A stretch of DNA of 64,000 nt, taken from the NCBI GenBank assembly GCA_964270895.1, contig OZ185440.1. One strand, 5' to 3'. Of this stretch, positions 35,949 to 47,646 are shown one piece after another. Both the position numbers and the translations under genes were made by a program. A model generated the notes under the pieces. That model was not told the DNA's origin. It saw only the letters and a list, made by a program, of their open reading frames with translations, and ran no database searches. This stretch comes from Podarcis filfolensis (lineage: Eukaryota). How positions within the stretch are numbered: the stretch's first letter is position 1; each line of letters begins with the position of its first letter.

Positions 35949-37797
35949 TATAAAGCTTGTACCCAACTAAGTTAGTCCATTAATCTCATTGGGTCTGCTC
36001 TGAATAGGACCAGAATTTGGATACAACCCAAAATAATTAAGAGTACTTCATGTGAAAAGTTCCATGATAAATCTTTCCAAGATAAATTTGAAGAAAGGTC
36101 TCTTACCTTATTGGACGAGAAATTAGCAAGTTTTTGTGAATATGCATCCAATTATCCAAGATGCATTGCTATTCCTCCCCCCCCCAATTAATCTTGTTTC
36201 TGGAGCTGTAGGGTGGAGTTGTGTCTAACTTTTTTCAAGTCTGAGAGAAGAGGAAGCACATATGTGTGGAAAATGTTTGAAGATTACTTGTGGGACTACA
36301 CTCATTTCCCCAGACCAAAACTCTTGTCACATTTCATTCGCTTCATTTCGTTTCTGTCATTTATGGGTTTGAGCACCCCCTCCTACAGAAGGACTTACTC
36401 CTCAGAGAATTGTTTATTAAAATGTGAATAAACATAGAATCAGCACTTTTTCGCCTTTATGCACATCTCTAAATTTGATGCAATTTGTCCCAAATAGGGG
36501 AGGAGGAACCTCAAGCGAGGATTGCAAAGCACTCAGGTTTAGGTTCTACTAAAAGAAGTTCGCAGATGAAATTAAATAAGGTAGAGAGGAATGCTGGCAT
36601 ATGGTGCAATTTTACCATTATAGAAAAGAGACTAGTAAGCGATAAAGGGCAAGACAAAGACTAGCAAGAAGGCCAAGAAGTGGAATTCAAACCGGCAAAT
36701 GTCTATCATATGCCAACCACTTCCTTTGCATGAATTTATTTATTTTTTTGAGCTTGAAGAAAAGGAAACCTGTGCAGGTTGTACCCCCAGCAGCAAATTG
36801 AAATGAAAAGCAATGCAACAAGCAGCACTGATGCAGACATACCCCAACTTTAGATGCTGTAGACAATTATTTTTTTACTTAGAGTAGATCCCTTGAAATT
36901 GGTGGACCTCAGTCATGTCCATTCATTTCAATAGGTATACTCTGAGCATTATGAACACTTGATACAACCATAGGCATTTAGTAAAGAATTGTCATGCTTC
37001 ACTCACTCACTTTTTAGGGGAATCCACACAATACCGTTATCCAATTATTCTCATCATGAATTTCCCTGTGGTGTATCCATCTTTCTCAGACTGAAGAAAG
37101 TCCATCTTTATTCAGAACACAATCTCCATGGGCATAGCTGCCTAATTTGCCATATTTTTCAACAGGCGTGGTTTTTACGTAGGCAGCGAGATATCAGGAA
37201 AGTGAACTTAATCACAGCTCAGCACTTATAACATTTGTGATGGGTGCATTTTATGACGCGGGCATAATTTTTGTTTCTGAAACCAATCATTTAAATATCA
37301 CTAAAACACTTTTCTGACTGTAGTGTGTTTTTTCTTGTTAAAAAAACCCCACCCCATAATGCTATAATGTTGTGGTTACAACCCTTAGTCATGGCAGAGG
37401 GTAAAAGCTTTTTTGAAAAAATCATTTTCCTAAAATCTGCATTCTTTTCATAAAGTATTATGGTCCTGCAGAATCGTTGTTGTTGGCACCCATCTGTCTT
37501 GAGATACAATGGAGTGCACCTCTGGGGGGTGAAGTCAAACTGCTGGAGAATCACAGTGCCTGCTGTGGCTGCAGAGACCAGTAACTTGCCACTGCTTCCT
37601 TCCATGTTGTTTTTGCTGCGTTAGCAGAACCAAAGTCAACTCCTTGAGGCGCAAGCCTGGGCAGTGTGCATGGATATCCAGTGTTGCCCAGAGAACAAGA
37701 CCTCCTCCTTGGCCCCTCAGATGTCCAAAGGAAAGCAGAGCAATACATTTGGCACCAGCTAGACTGCAGGAGTTGCTGGAAGGAGGTTACCATATGA

Positions 37798-38079
37798 CAG
37801 GGACGTCCAACCCCCAATAGACTGTGATCTACTCACAGTATAAAAAAACTGGCAGTGATCTACCCATTGTCAAAAAACAACTGGCAGTGATCTACCCAAA
37901 GTTGTGGAGCTTTCTTAGGAAGCCAAAGTTGTGGAGCTTTTTTAAGTAAGCCAAAGTTGGGTTGTTGTTTTTTTGCTTTTTTGTAAGGAGATTGCTGAGA
38001 GGCCAAAGATCAACCAGGATCTACCAGGAACACCCTGCAATCTACCAGTAGATCACAATCTACCTGTTGGTCTTGCCTG
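37798..38079. mobile_element. hAT-type non-autonomous element (282 bp) with internal tandem duplications
   Basis: cagggacgtccaac / gttggtcttgcctg ends; perfect 8-bp TSD ccatatga (37790-37797, 38080-38087). Confidence 0.85.
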
Positions 38080-39329
38080 CCATATGACATCCAACCATCT
38101 TAGGGACTCCACCATTATACAAAATTTAACATTATGGTGGCTATACTGCTATATCTCTCATGGAAAAAAAAACCCCACTGGAAAAACGTTTTACTGATAA
38201 TTTTAATATGCATAATAAATCAATCAATAAGGGTCATAAAATAATACCCACCATAAAGTTATACCGAATGTGTGCTGAGCTTCAAATGGCCTTACCCACA
38301 GCAGCTATGCCATGTCCACTGGTGTAGAAGGAACATAGGATGTACACATTGAAGGAGCTTAACAATCCCAGTAGTGCAGAAAGCCATGTGCAATTCTGCT
38401 TGTAGTTTACCACAGAAGGACAAAGACGTGTTAGCTGTCTGGCAGGAGCATAAGTATCTTGATTTTATCATGACCTTCTTGATTTAACATTATGAAGCAG
38501 AGATAGACCTAAGCAAAGCGGTTAGGATGGCAAATGTTAGGGAGAACGACATGGTTAGGGGAAAGGTGATGCAGATATTTTATAATCAACCCAGCTGAAT
38601 AGCACAGAGCTGTCATTCTGTGCTTTCAGGTAGGAAGACAACTTGTGAGAAAGCTTCCACCTAGGACTCCAATTCCAGGAAAGAGGGGCCCTTCATATGT
38701 CACAGGACCTTTTTACCTGCAACTTTATTCTGTGGGACTATCATAATCTTTAAAAGCCTGTTAGTATATGGGTAGGGTCATGCCGGCAGGTCTTCCCATG
38801 TACTCGACACCTGGCCAAGATCAAAGGAGATAATCCTGTGGGACAGTGATTGGCAGCACCCACGAGGCACCAGGCTTTTGAACGTTTTGACAGCAGTTTC
38901 CACGCTACTCCCATAATGCGTGAAGAATACTCTAGAAATGTAATGTTGTGTAACCTAGAATAACAATTTTAGCCAGATCAGGGAAATATACATCGCACAA
39001 AACAGGGGAGAGATGAGTGGTGTCTTGTACTTAACACAGGAGCGAGAAAGGATAAGACCTCAGAACATACACAACTCCCACAACCACAAAGGGCAGATAA
39101 CTTAACATTCATATTTAGCATATTCCTTTTTTGAGCTAGAAAGGGTGGGGAAAAAACAGATAAAGCTGTTTTCCATTTGACAGTCTTAATAACACTGGAA
39201 GCCACCAGAGAGCAAAAGAGCACCAGCATGCACAATCTGCTAAAAACGGGATCAACAACAAGGAAGGAAACAACACTCAAGACATGGCACAGAGACTGCA
39301 GCAAATGGATTGAATTAAGAAGGAAATAC

Positions 39330-39386
39330 CTTGAAGGTGGAAGTTCGTACAGATAACAGGGGATCATCCCCAAGATAGGACAATCC
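39330..39386 (-). CDS. KCND3: Kv4.3-long cassette exon (57 nt, 19 aa; human exon 6 equivalent)
   Basis: GLSYLGDDPLLSVRTSTFK vs human GLSYLVDDPLLSVRTSTIK; cctgtag/ acceptor and AAG/gtattt donor; phase 0/0. Confidence 0.95.
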
Positions 39387-39606
39387 CTACAGGACAACAT
39401 GTCAACAAAAGATAAAAACACCATTGATTGTCCATCCCAGCATTCCAAAATCAACTCCCAGCATTCCACGTGGCATCACACAAGTTTGAATGGGCAATAT
39501 GACCATTTCCTTTAACACATTTCACATTACACCAATAAGATGCTTGGGCTTCCTTTGAGAGCCAAGTGGCCCAGAATAAAATATTATAAGCCATTTATCT
39601 GAAGCA

Positions 39607-39620
39607 CCCCCAGATGGCAG
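39607..39620 (+). promoter_or_regulatory. Candidate CTCF site in KCND3 intron 5
   Basis: CCCCCAGATGGCAG, one mismatch to CCASYAGRKGGCRS. Confidence 0.4.
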
Positions 39621-41039
39621 CACCTGAGCAACTAAAAGCCATAGAGCTGAATTAGAGTAAAATAAGTAGTGCTGCTGAAGAAAATATGGGATGTATTGTG
39701 ATACAGAATAAGGGGTATGGCTCTTGAATTTATTTCTTTGCTTTATATTTGTTTATTTTACAGGTTTTGTTTTGAGCAATTGCCTGAGTTTGGAGATAAT
39801 TAACCACAGCTTAGAATGACACTGAATTTCAACAGGCGTAGGTGATACAATGAATCTGATTTCTGGTTTGAGGAAAAGGTGAATTACCCTTTCAAAACTG
39901 TTGGTAAAACTCTTTTTATGTGTAGGTCATTCCTCATTTCGCTGACAACTTTGTACCATTGTAGAATGACACTTTGGTGTTTCAACAATCCATAAATTAT
40001 CACAACAATTTCTTTTGTTAGTGCAATGCTTTCTTGATTGATTGATTAAGTAGGTATGATGGAAAGACATGCTTTTTCAGCACAAATGCTGACTGAACTG
40101 TTGTGATGGGTGCACTGAAAAACATACACCAAACATGCTGCATGTCAGTCTGTGGATGACAACTTCTGTGTTGAAAATGATGGATGGTTTAGGTCAGTAG
40201 CATACCCCTTCCTATAACCAAATAGCCATTTATCACTGATCAAAGTTGCAATGAGCCACATCTGATTCCAACCCCTGCCCCCCGATTTCTGACAAAGCAT
40301 TATACATATTTACATTAGGATCTCAGCTTGGAGGATAGATGGGAAATAATTTATTATATTTCCTATCAGCTTAGTTCATATATATCTTGGTCATTAATTG
40401 CTTCTTTAACCAGTCGGCTTTAAAGGCACTAGAAACTCTTTTTCCTATTTCCCCCCTCCTCTGTTTATTATTATACTAACATTGACCCAATGGCAATCCC
40501 TTCAGTAGCTTCACATCATTGTTGAGACTGATGTTCTTTTCAGGCAACAAATATATGTAGAATCAATGCAGGGGACAGGAGTGGTTTGTGCCCTCTGAAC
40601 AGAGCTTATGTACATACATGACCCAATCGATGCCCAGGTTGAAGAGGTTGGTTAATGCAGGAATTGGGCATTAAGTGTGGTGACGTCTGCAATTTGGAAT
40701 TTCCTCCTCTTAAATAATAGGCAGGCACCATCTCTTGACTTTTGGTGCCTAAGACTTTCCTCTTTTAACAAGCTTTTTAAATTGCAATACTGAGATTTCC
40801 CAGTCTGCGTCTGTATTGGAATTGTTTTAAGGTGTTTAAATTATTTTGTCACTTGTTTGCTGCCCTGGGCTCCACTGGGAGGAAGGAGGCAATATAAATG
40901 GAATAATATATCAGTTTATTGTGCCCCTTTCCCCATGTTGATTCTACACACATTTGTTGTCTGAATAGCATTTGCATAAACAGTGCTCCTATTTCTTCAC
41001 CATTGTTCCAGCTCCTTATTTTCTCTATAGTGTCCAAGG

Positions 41040-41200
41040 CAGCATACATAAAGATACCTACATTTCACTCCCCACAGTGACCTTGTGAGGTAGGTAATTT
41101 GTGTAAGGCCACGCAGCAAGATTCGTGGCTGCGGGAGAATTTGAATTGAGATCTCTTCACTCTACTTCCAACACTCTGTTTACTCCCATACCAGACTGGA
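41040..41200 (-). mobile_element. MIR/CORE-SINE-like remnant
   Basis: cacagtgaccttgtgaggtagg...aaggccacgcagcaagattcgtggctg...tttgaa resembles the decayed MIR-type core. Confidence 0.45.
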
Positions 41201-42413
41201 TCTCTGTTTATCCATTTGATATCAGGGATAGTAAACTTCATCCTTTAGCCTTATTCCCCCCCCCCCCCTTCTCAAATGAATATGACAGAAATGCACAGTG
41301 ATGCTTGTTTATGAATAAATGTCTCATCATGGAGATATTACCCAAGGCATATTGATAGTGCTTATTTCTTGGGTGGGGGCGTTGAACATGCTCATGCAAC
41401 ACATTAGTCTCTGCAGTCCATATGTGCCATGCCTCTGGATGTGGTGCCTTCTACCTGCTCCTACAGCTGGCGGAAACGACAGCAAGATCAACATGGGCTG
41501 TGCATTCTGTACCCGCCCTTGAGTTTCCCTATGGGAAAAGGTATCTGCTTTTCTCACGTACGCTGCCTGTGTTTAGGGTGGTCTGCTGCTGCACTGCAGA
41601 AACAGAGGCACAGGCAGCTGGAGATGGATAATAATCTAATGTTTTGAAGAAGTGGTGTCGAAGGGGTAAAGACAACACAGATACGGGCCCCAATGCAGCT
41701 TTAGTTGTGGCCAAGTAGCCACGTCTAACAACTGAACGGGGATGTGCATTGTGAGGCTCATTCTTGCATTGGCTACCTGCATAGAAGACTGCTTTTATGT
41801 GCAGGTCTCAGGCAACTGTCACATCATTCTATTCCCAGGGCTGCTGTACACTTTTCACTGTAGTATGCAGTAGTTGAAATGGAAGCCTTTGCCCATCTTC
41901 TGAGCAGTACAGCTTTCACCTTGGAGTATGCCATGCTGCTTTGATTCCTGGGTATAATCCAACAACTTGTAGGCAGTGCAAGACAGGTGTGCACAGCAGG
42001 CATCTCAAGTTGGCACCCACCCAAAGCCAACTTCTAGTAAGGGCAAACCCTGAGCATCTCTGCCTTTAATTCTCGGTGGCAATATTTTGCTAGGCATCAG
42101 ACTTTGGTGCTTTTTAAAAGGAAAGCGTCTGAAGGTCAACAAAGCAAAAAGACATGTTGAGTCCTGAGAGAAGCTACCTGTTGGGTTGCTTGGTGCAACA
42201 CATTTTTAAAAAAAACATGGTGCTGGAACTAAGGCATGTATAAAATATTTAGCACATCCCATCAACTCTTAATAACATATTTTTATGTCTCCCAGGGTAC
42301 ATAAATCTATGTATTTGTGTTGTTTACTTTGTAGTATCCCTGCATCTTCTTCAATTGAAATCACCCCCAAGAGTGTGAGATTCAAAGTTAGAAGGCTTCC
42401 TGTTGCTACTTAC

Positions 42414-42506
42414 AGTTGTTTTTTCCAAGCAGTGCAGTAGGTGGTGATGCTGACTTTCAATTATAGAAGTGGCTTTGCTGATGTTGTGTTCATCTTTCAT
42501 AGATCC
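42414..42506 (-). CDS. KCND3: Kv4.3 exon (93 nt; human exon 5 equivalent)
   Basis: [31 protein letters not shown], containing the Kv4 di-leucine motif; tttag/ acceptor and /gtaagt donor. Confidence 0.96.
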
Positions 42507-42850
42507 CTAAACAGAGAGAAAAGGCATTTGCAATGAGACCGCTGGCACAGAGAAAAAGGCAATCAGGTCTGCATCTGAAAATGCAGAATGGAAAAGATGA
42601 GCGAGGAAAAAGACGTGAAAAGCGCCCCCACCTTGTTAAATTGTAGTGTGAGAAGAGGCCCTAATCCTTCCACCCAGTTCTGGCCCAAGCCATGTTGCTG
42701 AACCAAAAATGGAGAAGAGCAGTACCAAGAGGACTGTAAGCCAGAGAAAGTGAGAGAAAAAGAGAAAGTTGGTGATGGTGGCGGGGGTCTTGAAGTGATT
42801 GATGCTCAACAAATTTATTTGTGATGAAATGTGGCCAACACATTTTGGCA

Positions 42851-43042
42851 GGGGCGGGGCTTAGTGGTGTAGCATCTGCCTTGCATGCAGAAGGTCTCAT
42901 GATCAACCCCTGCCACCTCCAGGTAGGGTTGGGACAGATCCCTTGCCTCAAACCCTGGAGAGCTGCTACCAGTCAGCATGGACACTGCTGAGCTAGATGG
43001 CTCAATCGCCTGACTCAGTATAAGGCAGCTTCCTATGTTCCT
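42851..43042 (+). mobile_element. tRNA-derived SINE (Squam3-like)
   Basis: gcttagtggtgtagcatctgccttgcatgcagaaggtc head; ...gagctagatgg...cagtataaggcagcttcctatgttcct tail. Confidence 0.8.
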
Positions 43043-45080
43043 GTATCACCTTCTCGAGGGCAAGAATCAGTATTAATTTGCACATCCACCTCTTAACAAG
43101 GGACCAGACATGAAGTTTTGGAATCTGCAAACAGGTAACTCTGCTATTCTAACAAGATCCAAACTGTGTGGCCTCCTATGAATCTGGGGCATAGGAACCT
43201 GTAACCTAATTTTTGGATTTTTGTGTGAGCTCCCTTGTCAGTTAATGCCCTATTCCTAGTTTTTCTTTGCCAGCTTGTTAGCTGCGCCAAGGGAATTCTG
43301 ACCTTCTCATGCCCCCTCCAGCCATGTGGCAGTGAGTGGTTGAACAGGCCAGTCATCAAGCAAGGCTCTGTCCCGCCCCTGTTCTCCAGCCATGAGGCAT
43401 TGGTGGGCAGGTATGAGGAAGCACCCCTTCGTCTTCTAGAAGGTGCCTCAAAGTGCTCATCACTCCCAAATAACTCAACCCCATGCTTGTCCACCAAATG
43501 GAAATGTGGGGAAACTACCAAAACTAAGCCAGAGTGAAGTAGGCAAAAAGTTTGCCATGTCCAAGGCCAACCAGGACCTCCAGGAAGAAAATCCTACATG
43601 GCCCTAATTAAGTGGTAACCAGAACATTTCCTACACTGGCTCTGAAAGGTGGGGAGGTGCGTGCAGCCCAAGAATCATCAGAAGAACTGAATGGAGGCAG
43701 CAACTAGGAGCCAAATGCAGCCCCCCTCCTTGCTAAAATGTTTTGCAGTTGACCTCCACGGTTCACTTTCAGGTCAGGGGACTGGAGGCAAAAAGTGCTG
43801 TCCCTCTCACCGCCTAAGCTGGGGGAGGGAATAATAGAGTGTGATTTTTACAGTGAGTTGGTACAATAAGCGGAAGAATGTGGTACACCAAAATGCATTG
43901 TATATATTTCACATGTAAAAAAATCATTTGAGCATCGTTTCAAGGCTTTGTCTCTCCCTTTTTGGCTTCTAAGACATGTCAAAAGGTGCGCCCCATGATC
44001 ACTTGCCATGTTACAGAGGAGAATGAACCATGTGCACCCCCAACAATATCATTATCCAAAACAATACCCATTATCCATGGGTTAGTGGTGACCTCAGGGC
44101 ATAACAAGCAGAGGGTCCCCCAAAGTATTGGTTTATTACACTTTGAAATAATGCATACTCACTTCTTAAGTGGGCTCCCCTATAAAGCCATTAAGTCCAG
44201 AGTCTAAAACTCCCTAAGTACATCACTGATTTGGCTTTGCATATGCCATTAGGCTAGCTCTCTGCCTTCTTATTTACAACATGAAAGTAAAACACAAACT
44301 ATTTAATCCATGTTGCATGGTATGCAGTGGGGTGGGAAAGGAAATGAGAAATGGTTGATTCATGCAAAGAGAATGGAAAAATCTCCACATCAACTATTCT
44401 TTTCTGCACAGAAGTGTTGTAATTTACGGGAAGCAGAGGTTACTTGCAGAAAATGTAACTGGTCCTCATTTGCCACACAGCTCTGCCAACAAGCCAGCGT
44501 TTCTGTGTCGCTTGTTAATGACTAATCTGAGATGTACACACAAGGTGTGTGGGATCCCCAGCACTGCATGGATGACAAGCAACTTCATCTGCTTGAAATA
44601 ACTGGAATCTCAGCCCACGCTAAAGGTGAAGAGCTGCAGTTGAGTAGTTATATAGCTTATTAATAATCAGCACTTATGCAGAGCCAATATTTCTTCCCAA
44701 GACGTTTCACACCTGCATCGCCGTGAGAGAGCAGCATTCATCTTTTCCAAAAGGAAACAGAAGCCTTTTCGAGGTAATTACAGCTGTTGTTCCATCATTG
44801 CAGTGGACTGAAATGTATTCTTTCCCCAGCTAGTGGACCCTTTGACATTGTCCCAGCACTCAGTGGCAACGTTATATCATTGGCATTCTATTACAGTTCA
44901 GACTGCTGTGTCCAAACAGCCACTCTAAAGCTACTCTAAATGAATTTTTCAGCTGCTTTCTTTTTGCTTGTTAGTTTCTTGGGTGTGCCTGTCTAGGACC
45001 CTGGAGATGCCTTTCTAAGACGGGCAGGTCCACAGGTAGAGCACATGCCTTTCAGCTGTTGCTGCTCTGCAGCACCTATC

Positions 45081-45581
45081 TGTCATGGGGCTGTCAGGTG
45101 AGGAACGTCCAGAGTGAGGAATTAACTCTTTATTGTCAAAAGTACACTTGCAAGTTCAGAAAAGGCATGTCCATCAGTCCTACGTCTCTCAGCTGCTCCT
45201 ACGTGTGTACCCGATGAGGCAGTTGCAGCAACAGAGAGGAGGCCCACCCCAACTTCAGCTCTCCCACCTGAGTTTTCTGCAAGCAGTCAAAGACTACGCC
45301 TGTGTGTAACCTTCTGCTCCTCCCACTTCAATCCTCTTTTGGTCCTGGGGGAAAGTGGAGCAGAAGAGGTAGGGCAGGAGTAGGAGGAGTGGCAGCCCTT
45401 GACTTTACACCAGCTTGACCTATCTTTAACTCCTCCTGTACCTGTTCTCCAATTCTGCAGCTTCTCCTGCCTCTGACTCTCATCTCCTGGCTCCCCCAGA
45501 TCACTGATCCCTTCCTCCAAGTCAGTCTCCAACCTCTCTTCTCCCAGTGCCCACACCTCAGTGTCCAGCCAGTCCCTGGCA
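45081..45581 (-). mobile_element. Solo LTR-like element (501 bp)
   Basis: Minus strand begins TGccaggg and ends tgaCA; AATAAA at 45129-45134; possible TSD cctatc / cctgtc; homologous to 628-1140. Confidence 0.65.
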
Positions 45582-47404
45582 CCTGTCTTCCCTGATCATT
45601 TTATTTCTAGGAGGACTAGAAACTTACATTGTTTAAAAAATGAAAGCCTAGGGTCATTAAAGGCTTTTGTGGCTTCTATGGTGCCTGCGCATTGCATTAG
45701 TGACCCGTGTTTGACAAGAAAAGCATACAGTGCATCACTGAGCCATGGTCCATCCTGAAAAGTGCTCCACTGCTTGAGTCATGTCAGTTTCCTTGCAGGC
45801 TGCCTCACTTCTTTTTCCATGCCTGCATCACCCCCCTCCACACCCCAAAAGAGTCCCTTGAGTGGCATAGCTATGCTGTTTGGGAGCTTCTTAAAATACC
45901 TAGGAACAAAGCATTGGATCAGTTTTCGAAATGTGTAACTATGGCAAATGAATATTTTGTTATCTTCACGCATTGTAACTGAAACTTGAAAAATACAGAC
46001 ATTTTCACCTGCTTGTTTAAGTGCAGTAAAGCAGATCAGCTGGCCTACCCTGGGCGACCTATTTTCCCGGCCTCATCAAACTGTTCTCCTAATAAGGACA
46101 TCACCTATTTTAAAAAGTATCTGTTATGTCAGGCTCTGCCTGATAGGCTTTTGTGTATATTACAAAGCTCCAGATTTTGTGAATGGGCTGTGTACATCAC
46201 TTACTTTTTGATTCAAGGACAAGGTTTGCCCAGAATTGGAGAGGAAGGAGCTAACTAGATGCAGGCTGTGAGGCCTTTATGATACACTGAAAATAGGATT
46301 CTTTCATTTCCCCTTTTCAGCAGCAGCAGCTCTAGAAACTACATGGCTAAGGATTGTGTGTGTGTGCTTGTTTAATTTAAACTCCCTGACCCTGAACTCC
46401 ACCTCAATTTCACAGCATGTCTTCTGTGATCACTTCCATCAATTTATTTTTTGCGTTGAGTGGTTGGGATTTTCAAACACCATTAGACCCATTAAAATGG
46501 CAATTATGCATTCAAAGGAGCTCCTTAAACTTAGGCTGATGTTCAACAAGGTGTTTTAGGGAATCCCTTTCCAGTGTTGCCTACAGATTCTTAGAAAAAT
46601 ATGTATCATTACCATTATCATGATGCCACTATAGATCACTTTTATTGTATTGGCATGCAATTACAAAATCTTTTCTATATTGCATTTTATATAGCATTTA
46701 AAAAGTGTGCTTAGCAATCTCACCTTGGACTACATAAATCTCCAAACAACCATAGGGAGTGAGTCATTATTTCCAGAATGTACTTTTACAAGGTCATCCA
46801 ATGGAATTGATGGTAGAGCCACAAGGAGCAAACACTGATTTTGTGCTTCAACATCAAAAGACTGGGAACAGAGAATGGTGTTAATGGCCTCAGGGACTGC
46901 AGCAAGGGCTATAAACTGGTGAGGCTGGTCCCTTCCCTTGGCTGGGCTCTCAATGCTGCCTTATCAGATTTCTAAGGGCAACTTCACACATCACAAAATT
47001 CCAGCACAGACGTTGCTTCCATGTTGGATACTGCATGTCTACTAGACATAGATTACAATGTGTAATAATCCTTCAGGCATGTAGATTGTTGCATGTTCAT
47101 GTATTGGACACTTGTAGTCAACCACACACAAGCTGGGAATTGATGCTTGGCTAACATTGTTGAGAAACAGTGATTGAGTTTTGGTCTCTGTTGATATTTG
47201 GCTTTCATCCAGCTCTGCACCATTGTAACAAAGCAGTAAAATGAAATGAAATTCAGTTGCTGGACAGCATACATGACATCAAACTAAACAGTGGTTTGTT
47301 ACCTGCTATTCATAATCCACCCCATCCCTTACACTTGCATGCATGCACACTCATACACACACACCAGTATGAGAGTTAGGTATTTGTCACAGTGCTTCTC
47401 ACTA

Positions 47405-47646
47405 CAGTGGTACCTCGGGTTAAGAACTTAATTTGTTTTGGAGGTCCATTCTTAACCTGAAACTGTTCTTAACCTGAGGTATCACCTTAGCTAATGGGGC
47501 CTCCTGCTGCCACCGCACCGCTGCTGCACGGTTTCTGTTCTCAACCTGAAGCAAAGTTCTTAACCCGAGGTACTATTTCTGGGTTAGTGGAGTCTGTAAC
47601 CTGAAGCGTCTGTAACCTGAAGAATCTGTAACCCGAGGTACCACTG
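47405..47646. mobile_element. Tc1/mariner(pogo-like) MITE, 242 bp (same family as 8761-8986)
   Basis: Same TIRs, TA TSD, one extra 16-bp tctgtaacctgaag unit. Confidence 0.92.

Noticed and set aside
38978-39469. 163-aa minus ORF spanning the KCND3 cassette exon
   Set aside because: It is in a different frame from the exon, is low-complexity and hydrophobic, and has no recognisable homology; probably chance
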